In this document: positions 10,144 to 20,183 of the stretch, one piece after another
Numbering within the stretch: position 1 is the first letter of the stretch
Layout: each line of letters opens with the position of its first letter
Made by a program: the position numbers and the translations under genes
Source: Candidatus Omnitrophota bacterium
GTDB taxonomy: Bacteria > Omnitrophota > Gorgyraeia > Zapsychrales > Zapsychraceae
Direction of reading: 5' to 3'
DNA length: 64,000 nucleotides
Assembly: GCA_029261055.1 (NCBI GenBank)
Contig: JAJDCA010000015.1
Coordinates: 19,998 to 83,997 of the forward strand
The notes under the pieces: generated by a model
The model's input: only the letters and a program-made list of their open reading frames with translations
The model's database searches: none
What the model was told of the DNA's origin: nothing

Positions 10144-10541
10144 GGCGAATCCCTTTGGTGCACAATATTCACCTGTTGCGCTCCGGCTTGCCGGGCTACA
10201 TCCATCACCTCAACAAAATAATGATACGGCATATTTTGATCGCCACGTACATGAACAGAATTTTTGCCCGACTGCGCAAATTGCTTTTGCAAGTCTGCCT
10301 TCAGTGCTGCCATGGAAGTTTCTGTATCATTTAAAAAAAGGGCACCTTCCTGATCGATACTCACCACAATATGTTCTTGCGGAATATTGTCGTCAGCCAT
10401 CGCCTTGGGTAAATCCAACTTCATGGCTGGATTGGCAAACGTGGAGGTCAACATAAAAAACACCAAGAGCTGAAAAACAACATCAATCAACGGTGCCATA
10501 TCAATACTTAATTTAGGTTTTCGTGTACGTATGAGTTCCAT
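10140..10541 (-). CDS. exbD: Biopolymer transport protein ExbD/TolR.
   Basis: 133 aa with a single N-terminal TM segment (MAPLIDVVFQLLVFFMLTSTF) and an ExbD-type periplasmic domain. Overlaps tonB. Confidence 0.8.
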   Translation of the reverse strand: MELIRTRKPKLSIDMAPLIDVVFQLLVFFMLTSTFANPAMKLDLPKAMADDNIPQEHIVVSIDQEGALFLNDTETSMAALKADLQKQFAQSGKNSVHVRGDQNMPYHYFVEVMDVARQAGAQQVNIVHQRDSP

Positions 10542-10576
10542 ATTAGGCGTTGTCCAAGTTATTTTTGGACAATTTC

Positions 10577-11257
10577 TTATTGTGTTACGTTAATTTTCTC
10601 ATTTTCTGCTTCCGGATTAGCCGCCTTAAAATCATGCGCCGTGGGTTGTCCAAAATATTCATCTAACTCAGAAACAATGCCTTGCATACGTCGGGCAATA
10701 CGATCAGCACGACTTTCAAATCCATGGTAGGCCACCATGCACGGAATGGCTACAATCAAACCAAAAACAGTACTTAATAAAGCTTCCCATATGCCTCCAG
10801 CCAAACTTTGCACCTGCACCTGACCGGCCGATAATTCGATTTGATGAAATGCCATCACCAAACCGGCCACCGTACCCAACAATCCTAATAACGGCGCAAT
10901 ATGTGTAATCGTTGCTAAGCCCCTTAAACGACGCTCAACTTTTTCAATAGCCATAGACCCTTCACGACTCAAAACACTATCCCGAAGTTTGTGACGAAGA
11001 TGCTGCAAATAAATACCGGCAATACGCGCAACCGGATTTCGGAATTTATGACAATACCCTACAGCTTCCTCTTGTTTACCTGAACGCAATAAATTAAACA
11101 GTTTCTGACTGAACCCTGCATAATTAATGTGCAGCCGTGAAAAATAATACAGCCTTTCCATGATGATGGCCGTACCGATAACCGAGCACACAAAGAGCGG
11201 CCAACGTGTCAGTCCCGCCTTAGTAAACAAATCCGATAAATTTTGAAACCAATGCAT
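10577..11257 (-). CDS. exbB: MotA/TolQ/ExbB proton-channel protein.
   Basis: 226 aa with three TM segments, a conserved ExbB C-terminal core (LATITHIAPLLGLLGTVAGLVMAF) and exbBD-tonB gene order. Confidence 0.8.
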   Translation of the reverse strand: MHWFQNLSDLFTKAGLTRWPLFVCSVIGTAIIMERLYYFSRLHINYAGFSQKLFNLLRSGKQEEAVGYCHKFRNPVARIAGIYLQHLRHKLRDSVLSREGSMAIEKVERRLRGLATITHIAPLLGLLGTVAGLVMAFHQIELSAGQVQVQSLAGGIWEALLSTVFGLIVAIPCMVAYHGFESRADRIARRMQGIVSELDEYFGQPTAHDFKAANPEAENEKINVTQ

Positions 11258-11280
11258 TGTAACCCTCCGTTCTTAATGAT

Positions 11281-11416
11281 GCAGAGAAGTAAAGAAACAA
11301 GAAGTAGAGATAAAAACAAAAAATTAAATTCACTCTTCTACTTCTCTACTTCTTACTTCTCTGCATCTCTCCTTCTTATTTCTCTGCTTCTTGCCTCTCT
11401 ATTTCTTACTTCTTAA
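11281..11416. repeat. Purine-arm/pyrimidine-arm inverted-repeat element, copy 2, between the TonB-dependent receptor stop and the exbB start.
   Basis: gcagagaagtaaagaaacaagaagtagagataaaaac, then a loop, then tcttctacttctctacttcttacttctctgcatctctcc.... gcagagaagta (11281-11291) pairs with tacttctctgc (11356-11366). Confidence 0.55.
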
Positions 11417-13671
11417 AACACTACCTCCATCCCAAACGTCGCCGTAAACGGTTTTCCCGGTCGTGGTCCATGAGGATGGCGAGAAACGATGTATTCAAGA
11501 TCTCCCACATTATGAAGATTCGCTAGCACTTTAGCATTTTTAGTTAGATTGTAATGTCCGGACACATCCACAACAAAAAATTCATCTGTCTTGCCGAAAC
11601 GGGCATCCGGCGTGGTGCCGTCGGCTTGTAACTGTGCATCGACATTATTGGCTGTTGTAAATGTTTCAGGAACATAAGACCCATCCACAAAAACGCCCCA
11701 TTTTTCAAATTCTAATCCTGTCCCCACACTAAACTGCACTTCAGGAACATACGGGACTTTATTCCCATCCTTGCCTCCACTAAAAATTGATTCGGCATCT
11801 GTCGAATTCGAATCCCCATCAAGCTCAGCATTCGTGTAGGTTAGCGCTAAATAATAAGGGTTTTTAAACGCTTTTTCATTAGCAATCCCAAAATCATATT
11901 GAGCCTTAAATTCTAGGCCCTGGGAAACCACCTTACCAATATTTTCACTGTCACCGGTTCCACCGCCCCCGATATTATCCTTGACCAAAAGATCATCAAA
12001 GTTAGTATGAAAATACGTCAGTTCTGTACTCAAGGCATCACTCTTCTTCCATCGAAGACCAAGTTCTTTTGTTAAACTTGTTTCCTCATCTAAATCAGAT
12101 TTGGCATTATCTCTCGGCCCTGGAACAGAAAATCCTTGATGCACACCTCCAAAAGCCGATAGCTCATCGGAAAACACATATTGCAAACCTGCGCCCCCAG
12201 CAAAGGCTGTAATGTCCGAACTATCTTGCGCAGTAATAACTCCAGGCGTAACCCCTCCTGTACTGAAATCAACAAATTCGTATTGGACATGCTCATACCG
12301 AAAACCTGGCGTAAATGTCCATGCCCCCCAATCAATATTATCGCGCAGATAACTTGAAATAGAGATAGACTCTTGCCGTCGATTACCGGCTGTACCCGGC
12401 GCACTCGATGAAATCCCCGTGATCACGCCACTCGCATCTTGCGTGTAGGTATCAGTGTTTTGATCCCGTCGGACATAATCTTGATGAAAACCGAGCCCCC
12501 ATTCAATATCATGCGTAAAATCTCCAGTGGTTAAATCAAAGTTTACATTATTAAGAAGACCCCACTGGGCATACTCTCTATTATTATTACGTACATCAAA
12601 CGTGCCCGCGGCTGTACCGCGCATAACATCAAGGGCAGCTCCCCCCGAGGCTAGAACGCTTGAAAGACTACTCCCCGAAACACTTTGCAACTTAGACCAA
12701 TTACGTTGAAACTCATTGTAATAACCAGTCAATGTAACCATGGCATGTTCATTTAATTCTGTACCGTAACGCAAATAACTGCGCGATTGCCGTGTTTGAA
12801 TATTGTCAAAACGTGTAGCCGCATAACGACGATAAGGATTGTCATCAAAGTCAGATTCCGTTAACCCTAAATAGGTTTCATTAGCATCTAAGTCCGTGTA
12901 ACCAAATTTTCCTTCTACCTTCTGATACCGCAAGGTTTCCGGCGAACTTTCCCAGGAAAGCTTTAACATCGGCTCTGATTTAGTAAAACCTGTATCCCCC
13001 CCATCAGTAAAATCGGCCGTAGTATCTATTACCTTAAATCCATCATTTGACCGATAATATTCTTCTAATAAATATCCAATACGTCCAAAACTTGTATCCA
13101 TCGTATCCCCGACATAGGCATGGACCCGACCTTCTTCATTGTCACCATAAAGGCCTTTCAAATAAAATTGTTGTTTTTTGGGAATAGGCGTGGAAAGATA
13201 ATTGACCACCCCACCGGTAGTATGTGGACCATATTTAACCTGGCTGGAACCTTTTAAAACCTCAATCTTATTCATGCGTCCTGCCGTTGGTGAATAATAA
13301 GCCGAAGGTGCAGAATAAGGAGCCGGTGCCGCTGTCACACCATCCTCCATCAAAGTTACCTTTTGGCTACGCCCCACATCCACTCCACGCAAACTGATAT
13401 TAGGAAATAACCCATGACCATCTTCTTCTCTTAAATAGACACCTGGAATTTTTCGCAAAATGCGATTCACATCATCGTAACTATGTTTGCGAATATCTGA
13501 CACACTTACACTGTCACCTGATCCAGGTAACGAGGCTTCGCCTTCTTTAGATCCCAAAACGGTCACAACATTCAAGGCATAATTCTGCCGATCCTCGGCC
13601 TCGGCCATCGTTGCGACCCCCAATAAAATTACGCCTAATCCACAAGCCATTCGTAAATTTTTAAATCTCAT
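11413..13671 (-). CDS. TonB-dependent outer-membrane receptor, probably for a siderophore or metal.
   Basis: 752 aa with an N-terminal signal peptide, a plug region and a beta-barrel with a C-terminal aromatic residue (...GMEVVF). It sits downstream of a Fur-box-like palindrome and upstream of exbB-exbD-tonB. Confidence 0.85.
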   Translation of the reverse strand: MRFKNLRMACGLGVILLGVATMAEAEDRQNYALNVVTVLGSKEGEASLPGSGDSVSVSDIRKHSYDDVNRILRKIPGVYLREEDGHGLFPNISLRGVDVGRSQKVTLMEDGVTAAPAPYSAPSAYYSPTAGRMNKIEVLKGSSQVKYGPHTTGGVVNYLSTPIPKKQQFYLKGLYGDNEEGRVHAYVGDTMDTSFGRIGYLLEEYYRSNDGFKVIDTTADFTDGGDTGFTKSEPMLKLSWESSPETLRYQKVEGKFGYTDLDANETYLGLTESDFDDNPYRRYAATRFDNIQTRQSRSYLRYGTELNEHAMVTLTGYYNEFQRNWSKLQSVSGSSLSSVLASGGAALDVMRGTAAGTFDVRNNNREYAQWGLLNNVNFDLTTGDFTHDIEWGLGFHQDYVRRDQNTDTYTQDASGVITGISSSAPGTAGNRRQESISISSYLRDNIDWGAWTFTPGFRYEHVQYEFVDFSTGGVTPGVITAQDSSDITAFAGGAGLQYVFSDELSAFGGVHQGFSVPGPRDNAKSDLDEETSLTKELGLRWKKSDALSTELTYFHTNFDDLLVKDNIGGGGTGDSENIGKVVSQGLEFKAQYDFGIANEKAFKNPYYLALTYTNAELDGDSNSTDAESIFSGGKDGNKVPYVPEVQFSVGTGLEFEKWGVFVDGSYVPETFTTANNVDAQLQADGTTPDARFGKTDEFFVVDVSGHYNLTKNAKVLANLHNVGDLEYIVSRHPHGPRPGKPFTATFGMEVVF

Positions 13672-13761
13672 TTCTTTCTCCTAAAACTGTTTGATCGATT
13701 ATTTTAATTTAACCTACTAGCCCCTCATAAAACCAATTTTTTATTCTCTCTCCTTTCTAAA

Positions 13762-13923
13762 TTATTGGGCGTTGGATTCTCGATCTCGAGCCTCAGGTGT
13801 TAACTCACATAAAGGGATCACATGAATTCTTTTGCAACGGTGACATTTAAATTCAATCCCCTTAGGCGTCTTTTTTAAAAGAAGTTTTCCACATTCACAA
13901 CGTTCATCTACACATATTTCCAT
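13762..13923 (-). CDS. Small (53 aa) Com-like zinc-ribbon protein. Below the 60-aa cut-off of the ORF track.
   Basis: The translation MEICVDERCECGKLLLKKTPKGIEFKCHRCKRIHVIPLCELTPEARDRESNAQ has CxC...CxxC spacing and KLLxK/IEFKCxRCKR motifs that closely resemble the phage Mu Com zinc-ribbon family. It lies between the Fur-box palindrome and the receptor gene. Confidence 0.45.
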   Translation of the reverse strand: MEICVDERCECGKLLLKKTPKGIEFKCHRCKRIHVIPLCELTPEARDRESNAQ

Positions 13924-13998
13924 GATTAACCTTTTTCCTGAACATGAAATTCATTTTCACAATTGATTTAAAAAATTTTGCCGGATAAGCCGGCTCGT

Positions 13999-14025
13999 TG
14001 AAAATGAAAACCATTTTCATTTTCA
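13999..14025. promoter_or_regulatory. Fur-box-like 27-bp palindrome (TGAAAATGAAAAC-C-ATTTTCATTTTCA) in the promoter region of the Com-like/TonB-dependent receptor operon.
   Basis: A near-perfect 13-1-13 inverted repeat built from GAAAAT hexamers, which are one mismatch from the GATAAT Fur hexamer. A second, smaller ATGAAATTCAT palindrome lies at 13943..13960. fur is the adjacent gene. Confidence 0.5.
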
Positions 14026-14037
14026 TAGCAAAAAAAT

Positions 14038-14463
14038 TTAGTGACACCTCTTACATAAACCAAAAATTTCCAAACGATGTTTTTGCGGTTGAAACGTGTT
14101 TTCTTTGCATAATTTCTGACTCAATCGTTCAATGCTTTTGTCAAACACTTCAAAATGATGTCCACAACTTGTACAAATAAAATGAGAATGATACTCGCGA
14201 CCCACCTTACGTTCAAAACGCTTAACCCCATCATCAAAATCCACCTTCTCGGCAAGCCCGCTGGAGACAATTAACTTCATAGCACGGTAAACCGTGGTGT
14301 AACCAATTTCCGGATATTTACTTTGAACCAAATCACTCAAATCTTGCACACTTAAATGCCTTTTAGCCTTTAAAAAAGCATGTAAAATACGGTCACGTTT
14401 TACGGACCGCTTTAAGCCTTTTTCGGAAACATGATTTTGAAAAAGTGTCATTTCATCTTTCAT
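14038..14463 (-). CDS. fur: Ferric uptake regulator (Fur family).
   Basis: 141 aa with a winged-helix N-terminus and metal-site motifs HHFICTSCGHHFEV and CKRCH. Confidence 0.8.
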   Translation of the reverse strand: MKDEMTLFQNHVSEKGLKRSVKRDRILHAFLKAKRHLSVQDLSDLVQSKYPEIGYTTVYRAMKLIVSSGLAEKVDFDDGVKRFERKVGREYHSHFICTSCGHHFEVFDKSIERLSQKLCKENTFQPQKHRLEIFGLCKRCH

Positions 14464-14520
14464 TAAAATTGAACCTCGCTTCGCTCGTCAATTTTTAGTC
14501 TTCAGTCATCAGTGATTTAT

Positions 14521-14545
14521 TTCAAGAATTAATTTAATTCTTGAA
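14521..14545. promoter_or_regulatory. Perfect 25-bp palindrome (TTCAAGAATTAAT-T-TTAATTCTTGAA) in the divergent fur / cvpA-like intergenic region.
   Basis: Seen directly. The first 12 nt are the reverse complement of the last 12. Confidence 0.3.
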
Positions 14546-14618
14546 CATCTGAATAATTAATGCGATACTACCATTCGTTATTTTTTTTGTCAATAATAAA
14601 TTCAAAATAAGTTTTCCT

Positions 14619-15371
14619 ATGCCTTATTTAAACACAAATACCGATATCATTGTTGCCGTAGCCTTTGGAATTTTCTTTTTATGCGGCTGGATGAAAGGTT
14701 TTTTACGCTCCCTTGCCGGCCCTCTCTCCCTTGTTGTCGGCTCTCTTGCAGGAATAGCCTACTACCGACAAACACAAAATATCGCCTTAGCTCTAACCAT
14801 CTCGACCGTCGGGCCATTCTTTCTGAATTTTGCCCTTTCCTTCTTTTTAAAAACCTGGCGTAAAACAATTAACAAAGATCAAGACCTCTCTCTGATCAGC
14901 CATATCCTGGGAGGATGCTTCACGACACTTTGGAGTGGAACAATATTTATTTTGTTTTTTATTCTTCTCACGCTCATCCCTGGACAACTATCTTGGTTAA
15001 AAAATATTCAAAACGACATCCACAATTCTGCCATCTACAACTTGATCAATACATTGAGTGAAGACCGTTTATCCTCGGCTCATGTAAGTATTGAAAACAT
15101 AACAGAGTTGGCCAAAAATCCGTCAAAATTTGAAGAGTTCGCTGATGCAGAGAAATTTGACGAACTGATGGACAACCCCACTTTTAGTGATCTTTTTTCC
15201 GATGAAGAAACCCTTCAACAAATTGAAAATAAAAATATTTCAGAATTATTAACTAATCCAAAAATGCAAAGCCTCCTCGAGGATAAAAACCTCCTCCAAA
15301 AAATCATGGAATTCCAACAAGATATTATTAAAAAAGGTTTCAAATCTAACCTTCAATCTAACATAGAATAA
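14619..15371 (+). CDS. CvpA-like membrane protein with an acidic C-terminal extension.
   Basis: An N-terminal [37 protein letters not shown] segment resembles CvpA. Four predicted TM segments precede a D/E-rich tail. Confidence 0.4.
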   Translation: MPYLNTNTDIIVAVAFGIFFLCGWMKGFLRSLAGPLSLVVGSLAGIAYYRQTQNIALALTISTVGPFFLNFALSFFLKTWRKTINKDQDLSLISHILGGCFTTLWSGTIFILFFILLTLIPGQLSWLKNIQNDIHNSAIYNLINTLSEDRLSSAHVSIENITELAKNPSKFEEFADAEKFDELMDNPTFSDLFSDEETLQQIENKNISELLTNPKMQSLLEDKNLLQKIMEFQQDIIKKGFKSNLQSNIE

Positions 15372-15402
15372 ATCTTGCCAAAATGAATATGTTTATGTTA
15401 CC

Positions 15403-17136
15403 ATGTGTCCTCTTATGAAAGCCAAATCGAAAAAAATACTCAACGGTGGTCAAGCGCTTATTCAATGTTTAGAATCTCTAGGCGTTGAATATATTTTCGG
15501 TCTCTCCGGAGGCGCGGCGATCCCTATCTTTGATGCCCTTGTCGGATCAAAAATCAAACTCATTTTAGTTCGCCACGAACAAGGTGCCACGCATATGGCT
15601 GACGGCTATGCCCGTGCCACAGGAAAGCCTGGTGTAGCTTTAGTAACCAGCGGCCCCGGCGCAACCAATACGGTCACCGGCATCATGACGGCCCATATGG
15701 ATTCCGTCCCCATAATTGTTCTAACCGGGCAAACCATTACCAGCATGCTTGGTAAAGATGCCTTTCAAGAAGCCGATATTTTTGGCATAAGCATGCCTGT
15801 GGTCAAACACAGCTATTTAGTCAAAGACTCCAACGCCATTCCTCGTATTACTAGAGAAGCTTTTCATATCGCCAGTACCGGTCGACCTGGACCAGTACTC
15901 ATTGATTTACCAAAAGACATCACGTCCGCACCCTGCACATCATCGCTGAATCCTCCGATGGATATCAAAGGTTACTCTGTGCCTGAAGCGGTTAATAAAA
16001 AAGATATCCGTGAATTTGCCAAGATGTTTAAAGGTTCTAAAAAACCTCTTCTTCTCATTGGACATGGCGCGATTATTTCTAAAGCAAGCAAAGCAGTCCG
16101 CGAACTGGCCCTGAAACTCAATGCCCCGGTTATTAACACCTTATTAGGGAAAGGCGCTTTTCCGGAAACACATCCGTTCTCTTTAGGTATGATCGGGATG
16201 CATGGAACCGCTTATTCCAACAAAGCCCTTATTAATTGTGATTTAATTTGCTCCATCGGCTGCCGTTGGGATGACCGAATTAACGGGAATAATGATGAAT
16301 TTTGCATCGGTGCTAAAAAACTTCATATTGATATCGATCCTGCAGAAATAGGAAAAGTAGTCCAGCCTGACGCAAGCCTCATTGGAGAAGCCAAACAAAT
16401 TGTTGAAGAATTAGTTCGCATGGTTAAACCTTTAGATACAGAAGACTGGCTGAAAGAAATCACTTATTACAAAACCGAATTTCCTCTACACTATGACAAT
16501 ACAAAAGGCCTTACACCACAATTTTTGATTGATGAACTCTACAACATCACCAAAGGTAAAGCGATTGTTTCCACAGACGTTGGCCAACACCAAATGTGGG
16601 CGGCTCAATTTTACAAAACAGACTACCCTGACCAATGGCTTTCCTCTGGCGGTGCAGGAACCATGGGTTTTGGATTTCCGGCAGCTATCGGGGCACAGTT
16701 TGGCAAACCAAAAGATACTGTTGTCGCTATTGTAGGCGATGGTGGTTTTCAAATGACACTCCCGGAACTAGCCACGGCTTTTATCCACAAACTTCCAGTG
16801 AAAGTTTTGATTCTCGACAATAAATATCTTGGTATGGTACGTCAATGGCAGGAACTTTTTTTTGACAATCGTCTTTCCGGTGTAGATTTAGAAGGTAACC
16901 CTGATTTCGTTAAACTGGCAGAAGCCTACGGCATTAAAGGCATCCATATCGATAAAGTAGCCGATGTACGTAAAAAATTGACTGAGGCCATGAAACATAA
17001 AGGGCCTGTGGTTATTCATGCAGAAATTATTAAAGAAGACAATGTTTTCCCTATGGTCCCAGCAGGTAAATCAGCGTATCACATGATTATCGAAGCCCCG
17101 ACAGAAAAACTGGAAAAACCAACAGGAAGCACTTAG
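15403..17136 (+). CDS. ilvB: Acetolactate synthase large subunit (biosynthetic type).
   Basis: 577 aa. TPP-binding motif [20 protein letters not shown] and a FAD-domain GxGxxG motif. Followed by the small subunit gene. Confidence 0.9.
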   Translation: MCPLMKAKSKKILNGGQALIQCLESLGVEYIFGLSGGAAIPIFDALVGSKIKLILVRHEQGATHMADGYARATGKPGVALVTSGPGATNTVTGIMTAHMDSVPIIVLTGQTITSMLGKDAFQEADIFGISMPVVKHSYLVKDSNAIPRITREAFHIASTGRPGPVLIDLPKDITSAPCTSSLNPPMDIKGYSVPEAVNKKDIREFAKMFKGSKKPLLLIGHGAIISKASKAVRELALKLNAPVINTLLGKGAFPETHPFSLGMIGMHGTAYSNKALINCDLICSIGCRWDDRINGNNDEFCIGAKKLHIDIDPAEIGKVVQPDASLIGEAKQIVEELVRMVKPLDTEDWLKEITYYKTEFPLHYDNTKGLTPQFLIDELYNITKGKAIVSTDVGQHQMWAAQFYKTDYPDQWLSSGGAGTMGFGFPAAIGAQFGKPKDTVVAIVGDGGFQMTLPELATAFIHKLPVKVLILDNKYLGMVRQWQELFFDNRLSGVDLEGNPDFVKLAEAYGIKGIHIDKVADVRKKLTEAMKHKGPVVIHAEIIKEDNVFPMVPAGKSAYHMIIEAPTEKLEKPTGST

Positions 17137-17148
17137 AAATCATAAAAG

Positions 17149-17646
17149 ATGACTAACAAAAACATCCATACAATCAGCCTTCTTGTAGCCAATAAACCCG
17201 GCGTCCTTGTGCGTGTAGCGCTTGTTTTTGCGCGCCGTGGGTTTAACATTGACGCCTTGGTTGTTTCGCCTGCGACTGATCCACGGTACTCCCGCATGAC
17301 CATTACGGCTCAGGGAGATCCAAATACACTGGATCAGATCATCAAACAAGTTTCTAAACTTATTGATGTTTTACATGCCAGCGAACATACCGGAATAAAT
17401 GCTGTGCACAAAGAGCTTACCCTCATCAAAGTTAAAAGCACACCTGTAAGCAAACCTATTCTGTCTAAACTTGCCAAGAAATTTCAAGCCAAAGTGATTG
17501 ATACAGACGAAAAGACTGTCATCATCGAACACACCGGTACCACAGAGCAGATTGATGAAATCGAATCTCTGCTGAAAAAACATACGGTGATTGAAATGGT
17601 CCGTTCTGGTAAGTTGGTAATGGCTAAAGGGCAGGAATCTACTTAA
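17149..17646 (+). CDS. ilvN: Acetolactate synthase small (regulatory) subunit.
   Basis: 165 aa with an N-terminal ACT domain (HTISLLVANKPGVLVRVALVFARRGFNIDALVV). Immediately downstream of ilvB. Confidence 0.85.
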   Translation: MTNKNIHTISLLVANKPGVLVRVALVFARRGFNIDALVVSPATDPRYSRMTITAQGDPNTLDQIIKQVSKLIDVLHASEHTGINAVHKELTLIKVKSTPVSKPILSKLAKKFQAKVIDTDEKTVIIEHTGTTEQIDEIESLLKKHTVIEMVRSGKLVMAKGQEST

Positions 17647-17664
17647 TCTTCAGTAATCAGTAAT

Positions 17665-18072
17665 CTACTTCAAATTACAAGGTAAAATTTTAGGTATTTC
17701 TTTTGGAGGGAGAATTATTTCTGCAATCTCTATGCCCACTTCATTGTGTTCCACAGAAATAATTTGGCAGCGGTCTGAGTCAATACCTTCATCTTCCACA
17801 CCTAAATATTGGGCAATAGCAGCTCTTAAAGCATCCCATTCTAAATAAAGAATAAATTTTGATTCTTCATTATCAATCTTAAGACCCTGACAAATCGTAC
17901 CATACGTTAAATCTAAAATTTCTTCTAAAGATTTTCCGCAGCAATAGGAAGAAAGCCCCGTTTCTCCATTAATTTCTCTTCCACACGTAATCTTGGCATA
18001 TTCAAACGAAACGAATTTCTCATTATGATCTAATTGCATACTAAAACTTGATGAACTATCTTCACACGGCAT
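17665..18072 (-). CDS. Hypothetical Cys-containing protein of 135 aa.
   Basis: ORF only. No recognisable motif. Confidence 0.3.
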   Translation of the reverse strand: MPCEDSSSSFSMQLDHNEKFVSFEYAKITCGREINGETGLSSYCCGKSLEEILDLTYGTICQGLKIDNEESKFILYLEWDALRAAIAQYLGVEDEGIDSDRCQIISVEHNEVGIEIAEIILPPKEIPKILPCNLK

Positions 18073-18089
18073 CGCACAAACTTCTTTCG

Positions 18090-20183
18090 TTAACTTCTTC
18101 CTCTAATCCAAACCACAAGTCCACTTAAAGCGATTAGAATAGGCATGATGCAAAGAAGTATAATTACATTACGCTTCTGCAGACTTGTCAAATCAAGAGG
18201 CTGCACTTCCAACTTCTGACGACCCACAAAAATTTTGTAATCCAATTCCGAAACCCAACTGACAACATTCAACGCCATCTGCGCATTACTGTAATGATTG
18301 ATAAAAACATTCGTCATAAAATCGGCATCGGTAAACACAGCCAGACGTGTATCGCTTGTTTTTTTCTCTAATTCACCCCGCGGTTCCCACATTACAAAGG
18401 CAATCGGCACCGGACCAGCTCTATCTACCCCTTCGTCAAATTTTACCTGAAGCGTTCGATTAGTCTCCCCCCAACTCTGCTCTTTCGAAGCTGTCAAAAC
18501 AATTGGGGCCAATTTAATCGTCTTTCGCCTATTGCCGACAATCGAAATCGAACGTGGACGCACATAAAATGTGTAATCCAAATCACGAACAATAGCCTTA
18601 TGGGACAAATAATTTCGCGTTGCCGGACTCCCCACATCATCACCCGCATGACTCACTAAATCGACAACAATATCATTGGCAATACGAATACCCCATGCAT
18701 TAAGAATATTATTCAAAGAAGGATTTTTATTTTTTTCTTCTTCTGTCAAAAGCTTATCCGCGGTGGTCACAAGTGTATGCTCAACAAGAAATACCGCATC
18801 TCCCCCTTGGTTTAAATATTCATTAATTATCTTTTCTTCTTCTAAGGTGAAATGATTCTGCGCACCAGCTACCATCAACACATCACAATCCTCAGGAATC
18901 TTACCTGTAATCCCCAACATGAGCTTATGCGGAGTCATATTATTAGCCAAAAGTAATTCGGCTAATATGGATAAACCTTTTTCTCCTTCATCGGAAAAAT
19001 TAAATTCCCCATGACCCGTCAGGAAATAAATCTGCTGCGCCTTCTGTGTCACTCTTAAAATAGCATTTGTTAATTCTTCTTCTGAAAGCGGATTTTCTGT
19101 AAAATCGACTTCTTTCTGCTTCCCTCCTGATTGAACAAAAACCTTTTTTTCATTACTACTTATGACTTGCCCAAACTGGGATGCATAGCCTAACTGCACA
19201 AGAGGATCAACAATTTCTGTAACAATCCGACCATTCGAAAATCTTTCATAGGCCTTCAATAAATCCTCAATATATTTTGGCGGCAAACCGACATAAAATG
19301 CTGTTAAACGCACATCCTGTTTCAAAGATTGCGTAACGTCCTTTGTATGTGCATCAAGTGTATGCTGTTTTAATAAGGTAAAATCAATTTTCCGATCATG
19401 CTTATGGACAAAATAATTACCTCCTGCCATCAACAGACATAAAAAAATAAAACCAATTCCTTTAACAATATATTTATGCCGAAACCTATTTTCAATACTT
19501 ATGCAGGCTAAAATAATACAAAATAAAATACCACTCAAATAATAGACCACATCAGAGGTCGCAATAAATCCCACAAAAAAACTTTCCGAATGCGGCATAG
19601 TGCTAACTGCACGAATGACATTTTCCGCAAAACCTTCAAAATATTGAATAAAACTCATGGCAAAATACAACATAAATATCACAGCGTACGAGCTAATAGC
19701 GGCCACAATTTGACTACACGTACACGACGAAATCAAAATACCGATAGCTAAAAACAAACTCCCTTCAAGCCAAATACCTAAATATCCGAAAAATATCGTA
19801 AGCCTATCAGGAGCACCAAAATATTCCACAATGCCATAATAAGGAAAGGTTAAAATAATGATCAGCGTAAAGAAGGCCAAACTTCCTAAATATTTACCCA
19901 TCACAATGGCTGTATTAGACGTAGGACTGGTCATAAGAAACTCAATAGTTCCCGTAGCCCGTTCTTCAGCCAGCACCTTCATCGTCAACAACGGCACCAA
20001 AAAGACAAACATAAATTCCATGACCAAAAAGACATCCCGCAAATTAGCCTCTTGATTTTGATCAATGATCATAAAAAAGAAAATATTGAAAACGGAAGCT
20101 GTGATGATCAGAACAAGGTACGCCATCGGAGATTTGAAATACCCGGCAAGTTCTTTTTTAGCAATGGCAATAATTTTATTCAT
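18090..20183 (-). CDS. ABC-2 type permease fused to a GldG-like periplasmic auxiliary domain.
   Basis: An N-terminal 6-TM ABC-2 permease, a large extracytoplasmic GldG-like region, and a C-terminal TM anchor. Overlaps the upstream ABC ATPase gene by 8 nt. Confidence 0.6.
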   Translation of the reverse strand: MNKIIAIAKKELAGYFKSPMAYLVLIITASVFNIFFFMIIDQNQEANLRDVFLVMEFMFVFLVPLLTMKVLAEERATGTIEFLMTSPTSNTAIVMGKYLGSLAFFTLIIILTFPYYGIVEYFGAPDRLTIFFGYLGIWLEGSLFLAIGILISSCTCSQIVAAISSYAVIFMLYFAMSFIQYFEGFAENVIRAVSTMPHSESFFVGFIATSDVVYYLSGILFCIILACISIENRFRHKYIVKGIGFIFLCLLMAGGNYFVHKHDRKIDFTLLKQHTLDAHTKDVTQSLKQDVRLTAFYVGLPPKYIEDLLKAYERFSNGRIVTEIVDPLVQLGYASQFGQVISSNEKKVFVQSGGKQKEVDFTENPLSEEELTNAILRVTQKAQQIYFLTGHGEFNFSDEGEKGLSILAELLLANNMTPHKLMLGITGKIPEDCDVLMVAGAQNHFTLEEEKIINEYLNQGGDAVFLVEHTLVTTADKLLTEEEKNKNPSLNNILNAWGIRIANDIVVDLVSHAGDDVGSPATRNYLSHKAIVRDLDYTFYVRPRSISIVGNRRKTIKLAPIVLTASKEQSWGETNRTLQVKFDEGVDRAGPVPIAFVMWEPRGELEKKTSDTRLAVFTDADFMTNVFINHYSNAQMALNVVSWVSELDYKIFVGRQKLEVQPLDLTSLQKRNVIILLCIMPILIALSGLVVWIRGRS

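Noticed and set aside
12090-12709. Internal ORFs (12090..12404 minus, 12527..12709 plus) inside the TonB-dependent receptor gene.
   Set aside because: They are fully embedded in, or antisense to, a well-supported 752-aa receptor ORF, with no independent signals.
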